13,418 bases of DNA from the NCBI RefSeq assembly GCF_965240435.1, contig NZ_CBDEKO010000003.1; one strand, given 5' to 3'. Below are positions 1 through 7,824 of the stretch, piece after piece. Origin of the DNA: Moorena producens (GTDB lineage: Bacteria; Cyanobacteriota; Cyanobacteriia; Cyanobacteriales; Coleofasciculaceae). The number at the start of each line of letters is the position of its first letter. Within the stretch, counting starts at the first letter, position 1. Position numbers and translations under genes: made by a program. The notes under the pieces were generated by a model. It was given only the letters and a program-made list of their open reading frames with translations, made no database searches and had not been told where the DNA came from.

Positions 1-183
1 AATCCGAATCCTTTCTTCCGGTGGAGTATCTGATGTTTGCTGCCAAAGCTTTTTAATTAGATAAAAGGTTAGCAGCCAAGCTAGGGCTGGGGCAAAAACA
101 AACTGTGCGCCTAAAAAAAATAATAAGTAGGTTGAAATTATATAATAGAAAACTACTTTTTCTTCAAAGTTTTGGGGTTTCAT
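1..183 (-). CDS. Hypothetical membrane protein, N-terminal part (gene runs off the left edge)
   Basis: Reverse-strand ATG at 183-181 follows an in-frame TAA. Its 61 codons stay open to position 1 (MKPQNFEEKVVFYYIISTYLLFFLAAQFVFAPALAWLLTFYLIKKLWQQTSDTPPEERIRI). An AGGCAGG SD-like motif sits ~8 nt upstream. The hydrophobic N-terminus suggests a transmembrane helix. It lies 75 nt downstream of the wzz-like gene on the same strand. It is absent from the ORF track because it is truncated. Confidence 0.35.
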   Translation of the reverse strand, partial: MKPQNFEEKVVFYYIISTYLLFFLGAQFVFAPALAWLLTFYLIKKLWQQTSDTPPEERIRI

Positions 184-258
184 TAAAGCCTGCCTAATGG
201 CTTAGGTTACTGGTGCCAGCCTATGATGTCTAGCTTGATAACAAGTGGATTAGTTGGA

Positions 259-1788
259 TCAGAAATCTTTTCTTTGGTTCCCCATTGGCGATGTTAAGCT
301 ATTAGATGTTGTGAAGCTATTATTCGATGGTTGAGAACGTAAGGGTGGAACATCAGAATTAAACGATTCTACTTTGCCGTAGATTGAGGCTTCTGATTTA
401 CCTTGTACATGGGGACGTAACCAGAGTAAAAATAGTCCTGCACTAATTAACAATGAACCAGCTGTTGCACCAAGTAAAGCCGATGACTTTTTCGGTGCGA
501 TCGCGTCTGGGGGTAAGCTTGGTTCAGCTAGCAGCTGAACTTGAGGATAGGAAAGGGATTGGTTAAATCGACCAATCGCTGATTGAGTTAAGGTTGAAGC
601 ATAGATAGTTTCCGCAATGCGCATATTGCGTTCTAGGATCTCCATCCTCAAGGCATCCTGGCTCATTTGTCTGAGTTTGGCTTCCAGCTCAGCAATCTGG
701 TTGCTTAATACCCACGCCCTAGCTTCCACACCCTCTTGCCGTGCTTGCACCTCAACAATTTGGCGTAGCAAATTTTCCCGGGAAGAACCAGTTTCAGGCC
801 CAGAGTTAACACTGAGCTGGTCGATAATTGCCAAAGACATGGGGCGACCTAACAGAGCTTGACTACGCTGTAGCAAAGCTGCTTTAGCACTCTCTTGCTT
901 GCTCTTTTCGTCCACTACAGATGGATGCTTGGAACCGTATTTGGAACTCAAAACCGTCAGGGCTGCGGTAGCCTGACTGTATTCCCTTAGGGTTTGCTGA
1001 AATATCTGGTCAGCCTTAAGTACAAAAGCATCAGCAGCTTGTCCAGACGACAACTTTAGATTAGCTGAGAGGTTGCTAAGATTTGCTTTTGCTTCTCGCC
1101 CTTGGGCCAACAAATCGATTTGTTGTTGTCGTAAACTTTCTATAGTGGATGATAGCTGGTTAACTTGTTCTTTAGAGTTCAATCCGGTTCTAGCTTTGTG
1201 TTCAGACAGGCTTCTCTGAATGTCTGCTAAATTTTTCTTAGCTGCCTGCAAATCAGCTTGAACTGGTAGCTGATTGTTTCCTACTTCTTCTTGCCTAAGT
1301 TGTTCAAGTCTATCCTCGAAAGCCTGGTACATAGCCAAAGCTTTTTGTTGGGCTTCCTCAGGAGAGTCTCCTTTGATTTCAAAGGCCATCATAGTTGAAT
1401 TGTCAACGATTTTAACCCTAGGCTTGCCCAACTCTTCAGGGGACATGTTCAGGAAACTGGCAGCATCCTTCAGTACCGGCTTACTTTCAGCAATGAATTT
1501 CATCTTTTCCCTCGGGTCATGGGAGCGATCGCCAAATGGTGACCTAACATCTGAACTCGCTCCCCCTAATTCTGGGATATTAATTCTGGTGGATGAGCCT
1601 GAGACAGGAAGTGATACTCTCCATGTACTGGTATAAGTTGGCTGAGCTGATTTCAAATAAAAAAATGTTAAGCCCCAAATTCCGGCATTAATAGATATCC
1701 CTAAACACAAGTAAAATAGCCAACGTAGAGGCATGAGATTTGATTTTTCATAGGGATATGGGGCTATGGTCTTATAATTAGTAGTCAT
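259..1788 (-). CDS. Polysaccharide co-polymerase / chain-length determinant protein (Wzz/GumC family, no BY-kinase domain)
   Basis: The 509-aa protein has an N-terminal TM helix (LRWLFYLCLGISINAGIWGLTFFYL) and a long periplasmic region with extended coiled-coil heptads (QLRQEEV..., LRQQQIDLLAQ..., ELEAKLRQMSQDALRMEILERN). A C-terminal TM helix follows (LLGATAGSLLISAGLFLLWL). There is no Walker A/B motif. This is the typical PCP-1/Wzz architecture. Confidence 0.8.
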   Translation of the reverse strand: MTTNYKTIAPYPYEKSNLMPLRWLFYLCLGISINAGIWGLTFFYLKSAQPTYTSTWRVSLPVSGSSTRINIPELGGASSDVRSPFGDRSHDPREKMKFIAESKPVLKDAASFLNMSPEELGKPRVKIVDNSTMMAFEIKGDSPEEAQQKALAMYQAFEDRLEQLRQEEVGNNQLPVQADLQAAKKNLADIQRSLSEHKARTGLNSKEQVNQLSSTIESLRQQQIDLLAQGREAKANLSNLSANLKLSSGQAADAFVLKADQIFQQTLREYSQATAALTVLSSKYGSKHPSVVDEKSKQESAKAALLQRSQALLGRPMSLAIIDQLSVNSGPETGSSRENLLRQIVEVQARQEGVEARAWVLSNQIAELEAKLRQMSQDALRMEILERNMRIAETIYASTLTQSAIGRFNQSLSYPQVQLLAEPSLPPDAIAPKKSSALLGATAGSLLISAGLFLLWLRPHVQGKSEASIYGKVESFNSDVPPLRSQPSNNSFTTSNSLTSPMGNQRKDF

Positions 1789-1820
1789 TGGAGCATCTCA
1801 CCTGGCAAATCCACATTTTT

Positions 1821-1898
1821 AGTTGTAAGTTGTAGTCTTAAGTTGTAGTCTTAAGTTGTAGTCTTAAGTTGTAGTCTTAAGTTGTAGTCTTAAGTTAT
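1821..1898. repeat. Tandem 13-bp repeat (GTTGTAGTCTTAA) x5 perfect copies plus partial flanking copies, in the leader 30-110 nt upstream of the wzz-like start
   Basis: Direct reading shows five identical 13-mers at 1829-1841, 1842-1854, 1855-1867, 1868-1880 and 1881-1893. Degenerate partial copies flank them on both sides. Confidence 0.9.
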
Positions 1899-2067
1899 AA
1901 TTTTTTATATTTTATATGATTAAAGACTTGGCAGATAGTTTTATAACACTATCAAGCAATGGCTTAAACCCGTAGCCAATACACCCCTGATGAAGAGTCA
2001 GATCTCGTGAGCTTATAACTTGTGATAGATATATTAATTATAACATTTGAGCTATCCTAAATATGAA

Positions 2068-3129
2068 TTAGGGTATAAATATGTCTTTAATAATCCGAAT
2101 GGGATTGAAGATATCGCCAATAAAGTCAAAAACACTTTTGACATTAGTGACCGTTGAATCATAGCAAGCGACACTATCTCTTGGCATCAGCACTGGATTA
2201 ACTTGGTCATCATTAGGCTTCTTCACCAAGTCCTCTACAGAACGTTCTATTGCCAGAGTTTCCCCAGTAGTACGGTCAGTTTGCAGTAACAGAGCACGGC
2301 GATCTGCATTTGTGCTTTCTGTACCTCCAACACAACTAGCAGCAATTACAGCTTGAGATAGACGGGAGCCATATTCAACTTCCTGGATTCTAAGCTCACG
2401 TCCATTATTGGGATTAGTCAAATTGGAGAGAAACACAGGAATAGTTGAGGGAGTAAGCTGGGAAGGTCTGGCTAGATAATATTGAGGCAACTCCCGAGTA
2501 GGAACAATGATTTGGTCTCCAGCAATCAAGGGAATATCTTCTACTGGTGATCCGCTGAAGACACCAGATAAATCAATTACCTGTTCTTGTTCACCCCGAA
2601 CCAAGCGCACCTGTTCAATGTTGGCATTTGGTTTGATGCCACCAGCCGTTAAAATAGCAAAGGTTAGGTAGCGTTCTGGAGGATAGTCTCCTGAGACAGT
2701 AGCAATCGATGCCGGTAAGTCTCGACCTTTAGAATCCGTATCATTAATCAAAACCCGACCAGGTTCAAAAACAGCTCCTCCGACAGTGACCTGAATTGGA
2801 GCCCACTCAAACAGTTGAATGCTGACTTTGAGGAAATCAGGCTGAAAAAAGCCCCCTTCTAGCAAAGCCTTGACTAGGTCTTGCTCGATTTCTGATACTT
2901 CTCGACCCGCTGCCGCTATAGGATCTAGGTAGGGAAACTTGATGTAACCATCCAAATTAACTTCATAGGTGGCACTGAAGCGTTCAGCTTCCGGGATTTC
3001 TTCTTCGCCAGCCACAAAGAGTCTAAGGCGATCGCCAGGAGACAGTGGTAGAGCCCAACTGGGAACTGATACACCTATTGCTGCTACGGTAGTAATTAAC
3101 CCTGCTATCCAAAACTTGAGAATGGACAT
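2068..3129 (-). CDS. Polysaccharide biosynthesis/export protein (Wza/GumB/KpsD OPX family)
   Basis: The 353-aa protein carries an N-terminal signal peptide (MSILKFWIAGLITTVAAIGVSVPSWA). A Poly_export-like N-terminal block follows (SPGDRLRLFVAG...YEVNLDGYIKFPYLDPIAAAGREVSEIEQDL...PIQVTVGGAVFEPGRVLI). An SLBB-like region follows that (LTAGGIKPNANIEQVRLVRGE...IDLSGVF...IAGDQIIVPTRE). Confidence 0.8.
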   Translation of the reverse strand: MSILKFWIAGLITTVAAIGVSVPSWALPLSPGDRLRLFVAGEEEIPEAERFSATYEVNLDGYIKFPYLDPIAAAGREVSEIEQDLVKALLEGGFFQPDFLKVSIQLFEWAPIQVTVGGAVFEPGRVLINDTDSKGRDLPASIATVSGDYPPERYLTFAILTAGGIKPNANIEQVRLVRGEQEQVIDLSGVFSGSPVEDIPLIAGDQIIVPTRELPQYYLARPSQLTPSTIPVFLSNLTNPNNGRELRIQEVEYGSRLSQAVIAASCVGGTESTNADRRALLLQTDRTTGETLAIERSVEDLVKKPNDDQVNPVLMPRDSVACYDSTVTNVKSVFDFIGDIFNPIRIIKDIFIP

Positions 3130-3145
3130 TGAAGAATCTGTGGGT

Positions 3146-3193
3146 TTACAACTATTACTTAGTGCTATTACTTAGTGATAACACTTAGTGATA
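3146..3193. repeat. Tandem 13-bp repeat ((T/C)ACTTAGTG(C/A)TA(T/A)) x3.5, starting 17 nt upstream of the wza-like start codon
   Basis: Read directly: TACTTAGTGCTAT / TACTTAGTGATAA / CACTTAGTGATAA / CACTTAGTA. Confidence 0.8.
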
Positions 3194-3476
3194 ACACTTA
3201 GTATAGGGGAGTTTCTGTGACTGTTTGAGTGTTGAGTGACGATCAACACTCAACAAAAAACATTCAACAAAAAACACTTAATCACATTGCGACTAACTAA
3301 ACTATGTCAGTAACTATAGCGTTTGTATATAGGTTGTAAACAGCCGTATTGCCGAAAAATGCAAGAGGCAAGAGCCATCGATCAAAGAGGGGCAAGAGCT
3401 CCGGAGTTTTATGGCAAAATCACAAAAGACCTTCTAGGTTTACATCTCAAATACAAACGCTATGGTAAAGTTTAAG

Positions 3477-5144
3477 TTAACCAACCACAACAGTTTCTTT
3501 AATTGCCGAGAGGGGCTTACCCTGAAAATAGTCAGGAATCGGCGCTCCCATCAAATTCAGAATAGTGGGGGCTAAATCTAGAGAATGACCAGCTGGTAAA
3601 CTAGAACCTGGCTCAATATCTTGTCCTTGAATCACCAAAAAGCCATCAGAGCGGTGAGAACCAGTACGATTAAAGGGAACTGGACCAATCCGTCCAATAT
3701 CGGGACTATCTACTACGTCAGTGGCATATTTTTCTTGCCAGATCACGACTAAGTCACCATCAGGTAATTTGGGATCAGTTTCAGTTGCCGATTGGCGGGT
3801 GCGGATAATTTCCTTCACCATTGGTTCCCCAGTGCGAGCATCTTTAAGCTGGTAGAGTTTTTGAGTCAATTCCTCACATACAGCATCGTACTGATCAGGG
3901 GCGACAATACCGTGAGGTTCCCTTCCCTGGAGATTAATCCTGATATATCCTTCTGAATAACTAGGCAGCGCGAATGCTTTCATCTGAGGCCAGCAGGGTT
4001 GGTACCACGATGGACTCTGGAAGAAGAATGGATCGGATTCTGCCTGCATCTTGAACGGAGAAATGAGATCTGGTCCAGGAGTGGAACCAAACAAGGGTGC
4101 GATAGGATTGAAAAGTTTGGTAGGGAGTTGACGTCTTAAAAAACCTTTGAGTGGATTCGATTCATGCTTGAGGCTCCACACTTTACCCATCCAACCCTTT
4201 TTCGCCCTGGCATCATTGACTAGGGGTTCTGGGGGTTGACCATAGTTGCCACGACCAATGCCATATTTACCTGGGAAACTCCAGCGATAGAGAAATTCTG
4301 GCAGGAACAACATACTCGGTAGATCCATGACGTTAGACCCCATACCATGGGCAGCAAATACTACGACCTGGGCATTATCCGGGGCTTTGCTCACAATTCC
4401 ACCAATGGCTTCGTCAATAGCTTCAAAAATTTCTAACACGGGATCTCCAGGGCATTTAGCACCTACAGATGGGTAGAGAGGATGATCCTGCTGACTCAGG
4501 TGCCAGAAGTAATGCCCTGCAGTATGGGTTTCACCAAAGATTGTTAAGAAGAAATCCCACGGCATCTGCTGCAACAAGTCTTGACAAATGGCACCCCGGC
4601 GTGCGATACCAATCTCCAGTTGTTCCTGAAGACCCTTGAGTGCTGCCACATCCATAATACTGGCATGGTCTTTGCGTAAGACAGGATGCTCACCATGCTT
4701 ATCAATCAAATCCTGTAGCAAGGATTTGGGTATGGAATGACTGGGAGTCTGAGGAGAGTGAGCTCCCCAAGCAAGGACTTGCAACCCATTGACCTGATTG
4801 GAAAGGGGAGCTTGAGGCATATCAAAGACTGCCACCTGATAGTCATCTCCCAAGGCATAGAAGGGTTTATACTCAGCAAAGTCGTAGGCTTGAATGTCTT
4901 CTACTTCGTAAGTGCCTTCCTTAATTTTCAGAGGTGCCCAGTATCCTGTTTGCTCAGGAGAACAACCAGTGAGGAATGTTGTCCACGGAGTCTCAGCCCT
5001 GTAGTATTCGTATGTCTTTAGACGTCCGTAAGATCCCTGTTCTCGTAAGCGACGCAGATTTTTCAGATGCCCTTGAGATATCCATTGCTCTATCAAGGCA
5101 GGGTCGGCAGCATCCAAGCCAATGGCAATTACTGGGTTTCTCAT
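3477..5144 (-). CDS. Alkaline phosphatase superfamily protein (type I phosphodiesterase / nucleotide pyrophosphatase-like)
   Basis: The 555-aa protein has an N-terminal IAIGLDAADP metal-ligand-like motif. It also has GETHTAGHY, AAHGMGS and a C-terminal RTGSHRSDGF motif. These are characteristic of the AlkP/PF01663-like fold. No signal peptide is seen. Confidence 0.65.
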   Translation of the reverse strand: MRNPVIAIGLDAADPALIEQWISQGHLKNLRRLREQGSYGRLKTYEYYRAETPWTTFLTGCSPEQTGYWAPLKIKEGTYEVEDIQAYDFAEYKPFYALGDDYQVAVFDMPQAPLSNQVNGLQVLAWGAHSPQTPSHSIPKSLLQDLIDKHGEHPVLRKDHASIMDVAALKGLQEQLEIGIARRGAICQDLLQQMPWDFFLTIFGETHTAGHYFWHLSQQDHPLYPSVGAKCPGDPVLEIFEAIDEAIGGIVSKAPDNAQVVVFAAHGMGSNVMDLPSMLFLPEFLYRWSFPGKYGIGRGNYGQPPEPLVNDARAKKGWMGKVWSLKHESNPLKGFLRRQLPTKLFNPIAPLFGSTPGPDLISPFKMQAESDPFFFQSPSWYQPCWPQMKAFALPSYSEGYIRINLQGREPHGIVAPDQYDAVCEELTQKLYQLKDARTGEPMVKEIIRTRQSATETDPKLPDGDLVVIWQEKYATDVVDSPDIGRIGPVPFNRTGSHRSDGFLVIQGQDIEPGSSLPAGHSLDLAPTILNLMGAPIPDYFQGKPLSAIKETVVVG

Positions 5145-6442
5145 GGTTTTGGTTGGTAGATCTGTGGGTAATTTTCTGGTAGGTTAATTAGTGTGCCTAG
5201 TTTAGCTCAGCATCTAACCCTACAAATAACAATAGTCGGCTTCACACAGATGAAGGTTGAAGGATCGATGAATCTTAGAGTAGACTTTTATAAAGTTTCT
5301 GTAAAGACTACTGCTATGGATCACACTATGTAGTCTACTTGTATAAGTAGCAAAGAGTTGAGGCATTTGTTAGCTCGACTAATTCTCAGACTCGGCTGGT
5401 GAGCTACTACCTGCTAAAAAATCTTCTTAAAATAAGCCATAAACCTGATCAAGACTACCTGATCAAGACAACGACTCGTGATCAGTAAAAACTACCATCG
5501 TTAGCTCATTTATGTAGAGTCGATGAAGACTATTTAAAGATTTTATTAAGCTCAGAGAAAATACTAGCCGGGACTCGCCCATAGGCTATGATATTAATGG
5601 TAAAATCAACCATTAACTAACCATCAATCAACCATAAAGGAGGACTGGTGCAACCGTAAAAACCAGTAGTTTTAATTAAAGTAAATACCTAATACATAAC
5701 AACTAAATTAAGCATAAATCAAGCCTAAACCAGGCTATCCTTACTAAGGATTATAGAAAGGAATTGACTTGAGGTTTTTAAGCTCTAAACATCTAAGCAG
5801 ATCGGGATTTACTAGGAGGATGGAAAACGTAATTCATTCCTAGACAGACTGATTGATTAAATCAGAGTTGACTCTAATCTATAACGTTATGATTAGTCAC
5901 CAATTCTCCCCTCGATACGATCTAGTTCACGGTGTAACAATTAGATGAAATATTTCGTTAAATAATTAACACTGTAATGATCGAAATTAATCGCTTATTA
6001 ACACAGTCAACTAGAGCTTAATGCTAATGCCAAAATAGATTTATTTCAAATTTATGAGATAGTTGTTATAAAACCCTGGTGTAATCTACATCAAGGGATT
6101 ACTGTTTTTTTGATTAGGGAATATCTATAGGTTCAGCTATCTATAAAACAGGTGCGACCCGTGGCGAATTTAATTACGGGTCAAGGGCACCTAAGGGTAT
6201 TTACCAATTTTTCAGAGCTACTATAGTCAAATTTATAGTCAAATTACTAAAACTGTGATAATGTAATTTTATTCTTTCCCAAATAAAATCTTGTTCGAAA
6301 CAGTATCAAGCTAACTTGGTTAGCTGAGCGGTAAATGGTAAATTGACTGAGTTTGGTTCCAAGTCTGAAGATTGTTGGGAAAAAATTGACTGTTTTTATT
6401 GCTTATCCCTTAGTTAGGAGAGACATCGTCAAAAGGTTAAAC
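5145..6442. promoter_or_regulatory. 1.3-kb AT-rich ORF-free divergent intergenic region (promoters/leaders of the AlkP-family gene and the wecG-like gene; possible sRNA)
   Basis: No ORF of 60 aa or more lies on either strand. The region contains the direct repeat CCTGATCAAGAC x2 (5444-5470). It contains an isolated strong SD AAGGAGG (5638-5644) followed by only a 3-codon ORF. It has hairpins: ACTGGT-N12-ACCAGT at 5644-5667, CTGATT-N5-AATCAG at about 5848-5864, and GACCCGT-N13-ACGGGTC at about 6156-6182. Confidence 0.4.
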
Positions 6443-7210
6443 ATGAGAGAAATAGTCAAAATATTAAACTTAGAGATTGATAATATATCAAAGTCAGAGC
6501 TTTTAAAGCGGCTCGATAGCGGGGTTATTTTTACTCCCAATGTCGATCACTTAGTTAAGCTACAAAAAGACCCTGAATTCATGAAGGCATATCGAATTGC
6601 CGATTATAGATTATGTGATAGTAAAGTTGTGTATTATGCGTCGAGATTCTTGGGGTCACCCATACAGGAAAAAATTTCTGGATCTGACCTTTTTCCAGCT
6701 TTTTATGATTATCACAGAAACAATGAGACTATTAAAATATTTCTCTTAGGTGGACGAGAAGGAGTCGCTAAAAAAGCTCAAGAAAATGTCAATGCTAGAG
6801 TTGGCAGAGAAATTGTTATCGCTGCCCATTCCCCATCATTCGGATTTGAGAAGAATGAAGCTGAATGCCAAGAAATCATAGAAATGGTTAAAAACTCTGG
6901 AGCTACAGTACTAGCTGTGGGGGTTGGTGCGCCTAAACAAGAAAAGTGGATACACAAGTACAAAGATCAACTACCAAGCATTAAAATATTCATGGCAGTA
7001 GGTGCGACCCTTGATTTTGAAGCAGGAACCAAACCAAGGTCGCCTCTATGGATGAGTGAGGTAGGATTGGAATGGTTACACAGGCTATTATCTGAACCGC
7101 GACGGTTGTGGCGGCGATACCTATTTGATGCTCCGGTCTTCCTTTGGTTAGTGTTGAAGCAAAAACTCAAGAGTTATCTGTTGCCACCAGCTAGGGTCAA
7201 TCTGAATTGA
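6443..7210 (+). CDS. WecB/TagA/CpsF-family glycosyltransferase (Glyco_tran_WecG)
   Basis: Conserved blocks FTPNVDHLV, DSKVVYYASRFLG, IFLLGG..GVAKKA, AVGVGAPKQEKWI and AVGATLDF are present. The track ORF begins at 6353. The ATG at 6443 gives the family-typical ~255 aa and has AAAGG 8 nt upstream, so 6443 is preferred. Confidence 0.8.
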   Translation: MREIVKILNLEIDNISKSELLKRLDSGVIFTPNVDHLVKLQKDPEFMKAYRIADYRLCDSKVVYYASRFLGSPIQEKISGSDLFPAFYDYHRNNETIKIFLLGGREGVAKKAQENVNARVGREIVIAAHSPSFGFEKNEAECQEIIEMVKNSGATVLAVGVGAPKQEKWIHKYKDQLPSIKIFMAVGATLDFEAGTKPRSPLWMSEVGLEWLHRLLSEPRRLWRRYLFDAPVFLWLVLKQKLKSYLLPPARVNLN

Positions 7211-7390
7211 GCCCAAGTTACATCGTTTCGGTTTATATCGAAATGGTTTGGAGGAAAACCTCGAAGATCCAAAGGACAGGAACGGAGGGAGGGACAAAAT
7301 TGATCATTCCGCCATTCTCTATCGTCACTGACCAAGCTAACTGGATCCTCAAGATTACCAATTACTGATTACCGATTACTTTTGTACTAA

Positions 7391-7810
7391 TTACTTTTGG
7401 TGTCGCACTTCTACAACGGTGTGAACATTACCGCGTGGGTTATAATCCCCCTTGATGGTGACTTCTTCTGGGTTACAGGCGGCTACGAAGTCATCTAAAA
7501 TTTGGTTTATACTCTCTTCGTGGGAGATGTAGCGATCGCGGTAGGTATTGATATACAACTTAAGCGCCTTTAGTTCTACCACCAGTTCATTGGGAACGTA
7601 GGTGATGTAAATTGTGGCAAAGTCCGGATAACCAGAAAAGGGGCACTTGCAAGTAAATTCCGGTAAGGTGATGTTTATGTGATAGGGACGACCGATACGG
7701 GGATTTGGAAAGGTAATAAGTTTGGCTTGGGCAATTTCCTGTTCACCGTATTTAATCTGGGGTGTATCTACTTCTGGTGATGCTTGTTCCTGGGTAAAGG
7801 AATTACTCAT
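7391..7810 (-). CDS. queF: NADPH-dependent 7-cyano-7-deazaguanine (preQ0) reductase QueF (type I)
   Basis: The 139-aa protein has the catalytic-Cys region PEFTCKCPFSGYPDFATIYITYVP and the QueF motif ELKALKLYINTYR. Its size fits unimodular QueF. Confidence 0.9.
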   Translation of the reverse strand: MSNSFTQEQASPEVDTPQIKYGEQEIAQAKLITFPNPRIGRPYHINITLPEFTCKCPFSGYPDFATIYITYVPNELVVELKALKLYINTYRDRYISHEESINQILDDFVAACNPEEVTIKGDYNPRGNVHTVVEVRHQK

Positions 7811-7824
7811 TGGTTTTGCTAGGA

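Noticed and set aside
1-30. tRNA-like T-loop resemblance (GGATTCGGATT on the minus strand)
   Set aside because: It is not a match to the GGTTCGAATCC consensus, and no acceptor/anticodon stem pairing is evident. It is most likely coding sequence of the truncated membrane-protein ORF.
617-1636. Plus-strand ORFs 617..862 (81 aa) and 1274..1636 (120 aa)
   Set aside because: Both lie entirely antisense within the 509-aa Wzz-like gene. They give low-complexity Ser/Leu/Cys-rich translations and have no RBS. They are typical shadow ORFs.
2969-3175. Plus-strand 68-aa ORF
   Set aside because: It is antisense to the 5' end of the wza-like gene, has no RBS, and is not coding-like.
3227-3262. Hairpin TGTTGAGTG-N8-CACTCAACA followed by CAACAAAAAACA x2
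   Set aside because: I considered it as an intrinsic terminator. The stem is followed by an A-run rather than a U-run on the plus strand. On the minus strand the U-run precedes the stem. It is therefore not a canonical terminator in either orientation. It is more likely a promoter-region structure or an operator for the wza-like gene.
3359-3475. Small 38-aa basic ORF on the plus strand (MQEARAIDQRGARAPEFYGKITKDLLGLHLKYKRYGKV)
   Set aside because: It has no SD, lies in the wza-like promoter region and is short. It cannot be supported without conservation or Ribo-seq evidence.
4737-5182. Plus-strand ORFs 4737..5021 and 4976..5182
   Set aside because: They are antisense shadow ORFs inside the AlkP-family gene.
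5250-5333. 28-aa ORF (MKVEGSMNLRVDFYKVSVKTTAMDHTM) in the long intergenic region
   Set aside because: It has no RBS, and ORFs of this size are statistically expected in AT-rich DNA.
6353-6442. N-terminal 30-codon extension of the wecG-like ORF (track start at 6353)
   Set aside because: The ATG at 6443 gives the family-typical length and has a better RBS. The extension (MVPSLKIVGKKLTVFIAYPLVRRDIVKRLN) has no counterpart in WecG/TagA proteins as far as I can judge.
6778-7170. Minus-strand ORFs 6778..6963 and 6967..7170
   Set aside because: They are antisense within the wecG-like gene.
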